A DNA stretch of 64,000 nucleotides from Octopus vulgaris (taxonomy: Eukaryota), in contig OX597823.1 in the NCBI GenBank assembly GCA_951406725.2, positions 77,748,001 through 77,812,000 of the forward strand. Reading direction: 5' to 3'. The number at the start of each line of letters is the position of its first letter. The stretch's first letter is position 1. Position numbers and translations under genes: made by a program. Shown in pieces: positions 55,638 to 64,000 of the stretch. A model generated the notes under the pieces. It saw only the letters and a program-made list of their open reading frames with translations, made no database searches and was not told the DNA's origin.

Positions 55638-56661
55638 ACAATTACAAGTTTTCCCTCAAGGCGAGCAATTTCAATGAGAGTGTTAGACAGTTATATTGAT
55701 CCCAGTCTCAGCTAATACTTATATTGTTGAACTGAAAGGGGTAAAAGTTAAAACTGACCTCAGTGGAATTTTGAACCCGGAATGTGAAGAGCCAGAATAA
55801 TGATGATGATGATGACAACGATAATGATAACTTCTTTTGATTTTTTAAAAATATCTTATTTCATTTTATTTCATTTTATTTTATTTATTAATTTTTTTTG
55901 TCATTTAGGCTCAGAGTCTGGCAGCTGGAGGGATAGATTTAGGTTAAATTAATCTCACTATTTGACTGGTGTTTCACAGAACCACATACACACATGCAGA
56001 GGCATACACACACACGCATACTTATATACATATCATTTTACATCATGTCTTAATACATGGATGTAACTATGCTGTACATGTACACCAACAGACACAAATA
56101 GTCACAGACACAATGAGTGAGAGAGAGAAAGAGAGATACTACTTCGATATACAACTAACAATATTGCTTTGTGTTAAAAGAAGAGATTAGCAAGAGAGAA
56201 AAAAAATTCATCTTACAGTTGCCTTAAATTACATATTTTAAAATAAATAACAGATAAAAACGCAGGAGAAAATGAAAAACGAAGCTTGCTATAGCTAGCT
56301 TAAGTGTTAAAACTATTTCAAGCGGAAGATAAGTGTTCTTGGGATCGATTGTGCTATAAGATCAAGAGTGAGTCATATTCAATTTGGCATTTACAATTTG
56401 GTGGTTCTACAATAGCTACTTTTAGAATTTCCATTCTTACAGAAAGCACTTTTGACCAATAACTTAAATATTATTTGACTTTATTGGGCTATATTAGCTT
56501 GTTTTTGTGGGGGTGTTTTTAAGTTAAAATTTTTGAAATGTGTGTTTGATGCAAGAGTTTTTGATGTTCAACAGATTTTATTTATCATATACTATTGTTT
56601 TGTTTTATTTTATCATGTTTTATCTATGTCATTTCATGATGAGATGGAATTTACTAATTAA

Positions 56662-56998
56662 ATGAGAGAAAGGGAGAGAAAACAAAGAGATGGTGAAGGA
56701 GAGAATAAGAGAAAAAGTGAGTGAGAGAGAAAGAGAAAGAGAGATAGAAATCTAGGAGGAAAGAGTAGAAGAGAAAATGGTGAGGGAGAGAGAAAATGAG
56801 ATGGATAGTGATGGGGGAGAATGATATTGTGAATGAAGTTTTAAGAGAAAAAATAGTGGGGAAGAAAGAAAGTGATACTAATAGAGAGAAAAAGAAGCAG
56901 TGAGAGAGAGAAAGAGAGAGTGGAGTAGAGAGTAAGAGAGAATAATAGTGAAGGAGAAAGAAAGAAAGAGATAGCAAGGGGAAGAGAGAAAGAGGAAA
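56662..56998. repeat. Purine-rich low-complexity tract
   Basis: GA-rich on the + strand. Confidence 0.85.
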
Positions 56999-58676
56999 TA
57001 TGTTAAAATAAGGTATTGTCTAGTATTGTTTCATATTATAATTTGATTCTCATCTTGGATGCTTTAGGAAAATATTAAATTGACTCAGTATTTCATTGAT
57101 ACATAATTTTATCAACCTTGAAGGGAAGAAAATGTAAAATTGATCTTAGCAGGATTTGAAATCAGAACATAAAAGTCCATGACACTATATACCTCATAGT
57201 GGTTTATCCAAAGATCTAATAATTCTGTGAATCCACTGTCCTGCAGGAATTTATCTTATAATAATTACTTTTAGTGATGAAGTGACAGAGAGCAAGTACA
57301 AGAAAAAATAGAGAGATGGAGAGAAGAGGAAGAGAGAGTATGAGACTGAGAGAGTGAAGAGAGGAATGTATGGTAAAATTACAAAAAGAATATATTAAAA
57401 TGTCAGGATTTTCATATAATAACAATCACTTTTTACTTGTCTACATTTTTTCTATAATAAATCTCAAGGTAAATAAAAACCAATACAACATTGTATATTG
57501 TTATTTTCTATCTTCTAGCGTTAGCTTTTAATGAGAATAGGGAGTTGATAGTAAATGGAGAGTATTAGACTTTAGGGAATAAATGGCTTTTAGTAGGAAG
57601 AAAACGAAATAAATATTAATAATAATAGATGGATCGTGGAATTACTTGTTCACAAGAATATGGTGATAGGGCACTTAAAATTAAGAACTCAATGTGCTAT
57701 ATTTGAGTGAGAATGTGTTTTTCATTAAAAACAATGAGTCTGATGAAATGTATTTTGTGAGTCTTATTGTTATTAATAAAACATCATCATCATCATCGTT
57801 TTAACAACCACATTTCCCTGCTTTCATGGGTCAGATGGAGTTTATTGAAGCAGATTTCCTATGACTAGGTGTCACTCCTGTCATTGCCTGTTTCCAACAC
57901 TTACCAGTTTTCAAGCAAGGTAATATTTCCCCATGGTCAGACACGTTTTTTGCCAAATACTAGAAATCAATGATGTTCATTTACAAGTGATGTTAAGACA
58001 AGGAAACACAGACACTCACTCACACACACACACATACATACATACATATATACATACATACATGCATACATACATGCATACATGCATACGTACATACATA
58101 CATACATACATACTCATTGGTTGTAGCTAGAATGTGAACTGGAGTAGCTCTTCTTTGCCCACTCCCACAGCCACCTCTGAATAGGTTAAAATATACAACA
58201 TTCTCAAAAGTGCCGCCCTCAGATAAAAGTACCTCCCTTCCCAAGCAGACTGCCCTCATCCTTCCCCTCCTGGGTCAGCTGCTGCAACTCCTGACTGGTG
58301 ATGCGTTTCATTAAGCTCAAACATAAAAGGAGCAAATTTGATTTCAGCAGGATTTGAACTCAGAACATAAAGGCATAAAACTAAAAATTGCAAACATTTT
58401 GATTCTGCCATCTGTGCATTTTTTCTAAAGTAATTTTACCCACTTACTCTTTGCTCAATCCTCTCTCCCCATCATATTTCCTCTCTCAGTTGCTTCATCA
58501 GTAAAATCCTTTGTGAGCTGGCATGACATTGACGGAACAAAGGAAATACTGTTGCATTTCAAATCGTTTTTATCAGTTTTTTCAATATGTAATTTAAGCT
58601 GACAAAATGACTTTGCCTTCTTAAGCATTTCTTTTAACACAATGCAATATTATATGGTGCATATGTGTGTGTGTGT

Positions 58677-58707
<31 letters not shown>

Positions 58708-58708
58708 T

Positions 58709-58739
<31 letters not shown>

Positions 58740-58740
58740 T

Positions 58741-58798
<58 letters not shown>

Positions 58799-58827
58799 CA
58801 GATAGATAGATAGATAGATAAATAGAT
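58677..58827. repeat. (GATA)n microsatellite
   Basis: Direct reading. Confidence 0.97.
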
Positions 58828-59132
58828 ACAAACATGCGTAAATAATGTTAGTGTGTGCAAAAATAAATATACTACTGGGTAGATGTTGGCAAGATTCAAA
58901 CATACACATGTGTATGTGTGTGCATGTGTGTGTGTCTGTGTGTCCTCTAGAAATTTAATACATGCATGTATTAAATTGTAAAGGGGATTAATCATATTTC
59001 TAGCCTTTTGAGAAAATAAACTCCAAGGTTAAACTTGATTACAACTTGCTCGACAAATTTAATCTCAAATAGAGTGTGCCATTGTGCTCCAGTGTATATA
59101 TATATATATATATATATATACATACATATATG

Positions 59133-59188
<56 letters not shown>

Positions 59189-59230
59189 CATATATGTATG
59201 TATGTATATATGTATGTATGTGTATATATG

Positions 59231-59294
<64 letters not shown>

Positions 59295-59321
59295 AGTGAT
59301 GATATGTGTGTGTGTATGCAC

Positions 59322-59712
59322 TGGCTGTGTGGTAAGAAGCTTGCTTCCCAATCACACGGCTACAGGTTCAGTTCCACTGCATAGCATATTGTGCGTCTTC
59401 TACTGTTGCTCTGAGTTCACCAAAGCCTTGTGAGTAGATTTGGTAGACAGAAACTGAAAGAAGCCCATTGTCTATATATACATATATATATGTATGTATT
59501 TGAGTGTCTGTGTTTATCCCCCTACCATCACTTGACAACCGATGTTAGAGTGTTTACATCCCTGTAACATAGCAATTCAGCAAAAGAGACCAACTATAAA
59601 ATAAGTACTAGACTTACAAAGAATAAATCCTGGGGTCGATTTGTTCGACTAAAGGCAGTGCTCCAGCATGGCTGCAGTCAAATGACTGAAACAAGTAAAA
59701 GAATAAAAGAAT
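59322..59712 (+). mobile_element. Near full-length SINE family A
   Basis: tggctgtgtggtaagaagcttgcttcccaa head to gactgaaacaagtaaaagaataaaaga tail. Confidence 0.92.
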
Positions 59713-60151
59713 CCATATATACAGACATGCCTATGCACATATGCAGATTCACAGATACATACATGCTGACATAAACATAATACATGCTCTTTTGACAATA
59801 CAGCAGATGTTTTCTAAATTATTAAAATGTTTTTCTTATTTCCAAATGACTTTAGAACTTGTTTGCAACAACAAAGTTCCAAAATATCAACAATGTCTCC
59901 AGACCTTCATGTTTCATGGTTTTCTTTACTTTACATTTGACAAACATATGTATTCTTGTATTTCACCGATTCATTTCTTGGGGTGTAGGTATACTGGAGT
60001 ATCACAATGTTGGTGGTCGGGTGTGGTTGATCCAATCTGACCATGTACTTGGCTGTTATTTTATTTGATGAGAGTTAAAGCTGACTTTAGTGGAATTTTA
60101 ACTCGGAATGTAAATGCATGTAACAGGCGCAGGAATGTAAACACATGTATA

Positions 60152-60322
60152 GGCGTAGGAATGGCTGTGTGGTAAGTAGCTTGCTTACCTCCCACATGGT
60201 TCCAGGTTCATTCCAACTGCGTGGCACCTTGGGCAAGTGTCTTCTACTATAGCCTCGGACCAACCAAAGCTTTGTAAGTGGATTTGGTAGATGGAAACTG
60301 AAAGAAGCCCGTTGTATATATG

Positions 60323-60368
<46 letters not shown>

Positions 60369-60552
60369 TGTCTCTGTTTGTCCCCCAACATCGCCTGACA
60401 ACCGATGCTGGTGTATTTGCGTCCCCGTAACTTAGCGGTTTGGCAAAAGAGATCGATAGAATAAGTACTAGGCTTACAAAGAATAAGTCCTGGGGTTGAT
60501 TTGCTTGACTAAAGGTGGTGCTCCAGCATGGCCGCAATCAAATGACTGAAAC
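60152..60552 (+). mobile_element. Full-length SINE family A
   Basis: ggcgtaggaatggctgtgtggtaagtagc head; many CpGs retained. Confidence 0.93.
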
Positions 60553-60580
60553 CCTTACACATGCACACACACAAACACAC

Positions 60581-60890
60581 ATCATCATCATTTAACATCC
60601 ATTCTCCATGCTGGCATGGGTTACACAGTTTGACTGAGAATTGGTAAGTTGGGCAGCTACTCCAGATTCCAATCTGATTTGACATGTTTTCTATAACTGG
60701 ATGCCCTTCCTAATGTCAACCACTCCGATAGTGTAGTGGGTGCTTTTTACATGCCACTGGCACAGGTGCCAGTCATGAAACACCGGCATCGAACCCGACT
60801 ATGATCTTACTTGGCTTGATAGGTCTTCTCAAGCACAGAATATCACCAAAGGTCTCGGTTTCTTGTCCCTGCCTCTATGAGGCCCAAAGT
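60581..60890 (-). mobile_element. RTE-type LINE 3' UTR fragment
   Basis: catcatcatttaacatcc...ccatgctggcatggg...ctggatgcccttcctaatg...gtgtagtgggtgcttttt; colinear with 42968-43460. Confidence 0.82.
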
Positions 60891-62679
60891 TTAAAGGACT
60901 GGTAGCCCGAAGTCATGAGAATGTTAATAATTTACTTATATTCTATTCAAAATTTACAACATCTTGGAATCATATGTATGTTTGTGTGTGAGTGTGTGTG
61001 TGTTATTAGTAACATTGGCACAAGGCCTGAGACTTTAACAAAATTGGATATTGGTAATTAACTTCACAAATTGGTATCAGTGAAAACATCAACAATTTTG
61101 TTTAAGTTCATATGCAGCAAGTAAATATGAACACTAATACTTTGAGCAAAGCCTCCTCTTTATTTCTATATTTTATGACAGTGCTGTTTCATGTACTCTA
61201 GGAGGAGATAATGTAAAATGAACCTCAGCAAGATTTGAACTTCAAATATAAGAGAATGTAACCGATTATTAAAAGCATTTAATCCACGGTTCCATTAATT
61301 CTGTCAGTTTTCTAATCAAGCCTATGGAATATAAGACATCTCTGAATTCAGTTCTTACATCTGTTATTACATCATTGCTTTTAATTATGCTTAATTACCT
61401 TGTTTGCTTTAGTCAAACAGAATTAGATACTAAATACACAGCAATCCTTTTCTACAGTTTAGCAATTTAGCATGGAGAGATGATGTTAAACGAATTCATT
61501 CACAAATCAGATTGTTTCAAAGAGAGTTTATTCTTATCTCAGGATTCTATAGAGCTGAATGCATGTGAGAGACAAATATCATACCAGGAAACAACGAATG
61601 TAAATGGAGGTAAATTTCCTCAGAGATAGCTAAGTTAGATAAGTTAATATGCTATCAGTAGAATTTAGCGTTAACATTTCCATCAAAGATGTTTGTACTA
61701 ACCTCTACTTGGAGGGAGAAATTGAAACTACCAAGGATTTTCAAATTTATTTGCTCGGCACTGTCATCAGATATAGAACTAAAGAGGAGGCTTTTGCTCA
61801 AAGTATCGGTGGTCATATTTACTTGCGGCATATGAACTTAAACAAAATTTTCGATGTTTTCACTGATACTAATTTAAGTTAAAGCCTTTCTGTATAACCA
61901 TAAATAGATAATCTTCTGCAGCGGAATTCTGCAGTCACTTCAAATACATAATCAGAAATATATATGCATACACACACACATATATATATTCAATTAGAGG
62001 TTAAGTTAACCTCATGAAGGGATGGTTTCATCAAAGGAAATACTGGTTCAATACATATTTGGGGGGAATTCATTTCCTTAAAATAATACGTATATATGAA
62101 AACATGTAGTTTATATTCTTTAGTATTTCAAGATATTTTTATGTAATTTTGATAAATATATCTGTTAAAATGAAATGTCAGTGTTATTTTCATTTTTGCA
62201 TAATTTAGATGACAGTTTATTCACTGCACCCTGTATATTTACATATATATAAGGTCCAACCATGCTAGCATGGAAAGCGGACGTTAAATGATGACATTTT
62301 TACATTTTACACATAAGGTAGACTCTCCTGTTGTAAATGACTGATGAAGGCTCCACACCTTCATGTCTTTACTTTGATTATTAAGTTGAGTACTGGTTTG
62401 TTGAGTAGCAATCTTGAGTAGGTTTCTGCTTTTTATTGTGGGAAGCAAACCCTACCTAGCTATGTGCTGTATATCTAATCTATCTCTCTACGTGTGTGGA
62501 GCTTATATATATCTATCTATACATATATGTTTATGGAGAGAGAGAGAGAGAGAGAGGGATACACATATATATACACACACATCAATAAGGAGAAATTTGA
62601 TTATTCTAGCGAATCACTTCGAATTCTTGATTATTTTTGAAAATAAATGGAGACACAGGCAGAGGATCGTATTTAAAGA

Positions 62680-62757
62680 TATAATCAAGGAAGGGAGTTA
62701 ATCACTCAACAAGTTCATTATAATCATTGGAAGGGAGTTAATTGCTTAACACGTCCT
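62680..62757. repeat. ~40-bp tandem duplication
   Basis: ggaagggagttaat at 62689 and 62729 with similar flanks. Confidence 0.7.
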
Positions 62758-63957
62758 CTGTAAACGCTCGATTTTAATTCTAATGTATTTAGAATGAATA
62801 AACAAATAAATAAATAATAAATTAATTAATACTTCACTTCTTTCTTCTACAATTTTTTAAAAAATAATTGTTTATTTCTATTACAAAAAAAATTTTAAAG
62901 ATACAAAATAGAAACAACACAACAAAAAGTCACTAGATTTAATTTTGCCAATTTTACAAAGAGCGTGCATAACTTCAACATCAGCCTAGGAATCTTGGAA
63001 TTTTCAACCAATTATTTAGAAAACGCAATTCGATTCATAGACCTCCCGCTTCCATTGCTCTCTGTTTCTTGTTCATAGGTGTCAGGACTGTAAAAGTTGT
63101 TGCTCCTTTTCTTTTTTCATTTTGTTTTTTCTTCCAATTAATTTATTTATTCGTTAAAAAAATTTTTTTTTCAATGGCAGAGTGAAATAATGTGATGGAA
63201 AGTATTTATCATTAGTGGAAATCACTTTATTGTTTTGTGGGAGTGGAGAGAGAGAGTGAAAAAAAATATTAAATTTAAAATAAAAATATTTGAGAAAAGT
63301 GTCGATAATAATGTGTATATGTATGCAAAAAAAATCTATATCAATGGTTATATGTGTATAAATAAATGTGTGTGTGTGCATGAGAGAGACAGACAGACAG
63401 ACAGAGTGTGGGTGTACGTGTGTTTGTGTGTGTATATGTGTGTATGCGTGTGTAGGAGTGTGCATATATGTCTGTTCATGTCTGGATGAATTTGTTTGCT
63501 TTGCTTGTTTTTATTTTTGTCTTTTTATTTTTTTTCCAACTTAATTCAATGAAAATTCAAATGAGAAAATAAGAAAATGAAAAAAACCAAAAAAGAAAAC
63601 AATAATAACTAGTAAAACCAGTAGCAACAGTTACAGCCAAGTTAACTCAAGATGGCAGTATTTGTAATAGTGAGGATTAACGAAGTCTTAACAGTTGTTT
63701 CGCTTATTTATTTATTTTTTGGCTTTTTATTCTGGCAAGTGTGAAAGTCATTTAGTCAAACTCAATACTTCTTTGGTACATGTAGCCTCATATAACACTG
63801 ATTCAATTATCACTGATCTGAGATAACATAGTATGCTCAATTGTGAACCACATTATGCTTATCAAGAACTGATCAGTGATAACACTGGTCTGCAATCAGT
63901 GAAGGATTTTATTTGTATAAAAGTGTGACCCAGTGACCACATATTTGTCATACAAAA

Positions 63958-64000
63958 GTGCTCATGGTCCGAGGTTCAGTCCCACCGCATGGTACTTTCG
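63958..64000 (+). mobile_element. SINE family A head cut by window end
   Basis: catggtccgaggttcagtcccaccgcatggtac. Confidence 0.6.

Noticed and set aside
61505-61546. Minus-strand aatc-CUGAGA...GAAAC hammerhead-like motif
   Set aside because: Core is one nucleotide short and stem III does not pair.
62341-62364. CUGAUGA followed by a hairpin
   Set aside because: No GAAA or stem III; just an atgaagg/ccttcat inverted repeat.

Overview
AT-rich animal DNA, most likely intronic or intergenic. The SINE and RTE repeats and the extreme microsatellite load resemble an Octopus/coleoid cephalopod genome (taxon recognised from memory, not by search). I find no supportable protein-coding gene: the ORF track is almost entirely microsatellite read-through. 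The window contains at least three tRNA-derived SINE families, 5'-truncated RTE-type LINE ends, piggyBac-type MITEs with TTAA TSDs, a hAT MITE with an 8-bp TSD, two non-autonomous Helitrons and many microsatellites. The main signal is a set of short insertions in (AT)n tracts that carry minimal type-I hammerhead ribozymes (HHR) with palindromic stem III. One is a young ORF-less Penelope/retrozyme-like element (32572-33754) with tandem plus inverted copies of a 586-bp unit. Two other HHRs have the C3-G8 core pair co-varied, to U3-A8 (13373-13412) and to G3-C8 (54557-54606, minus strand).
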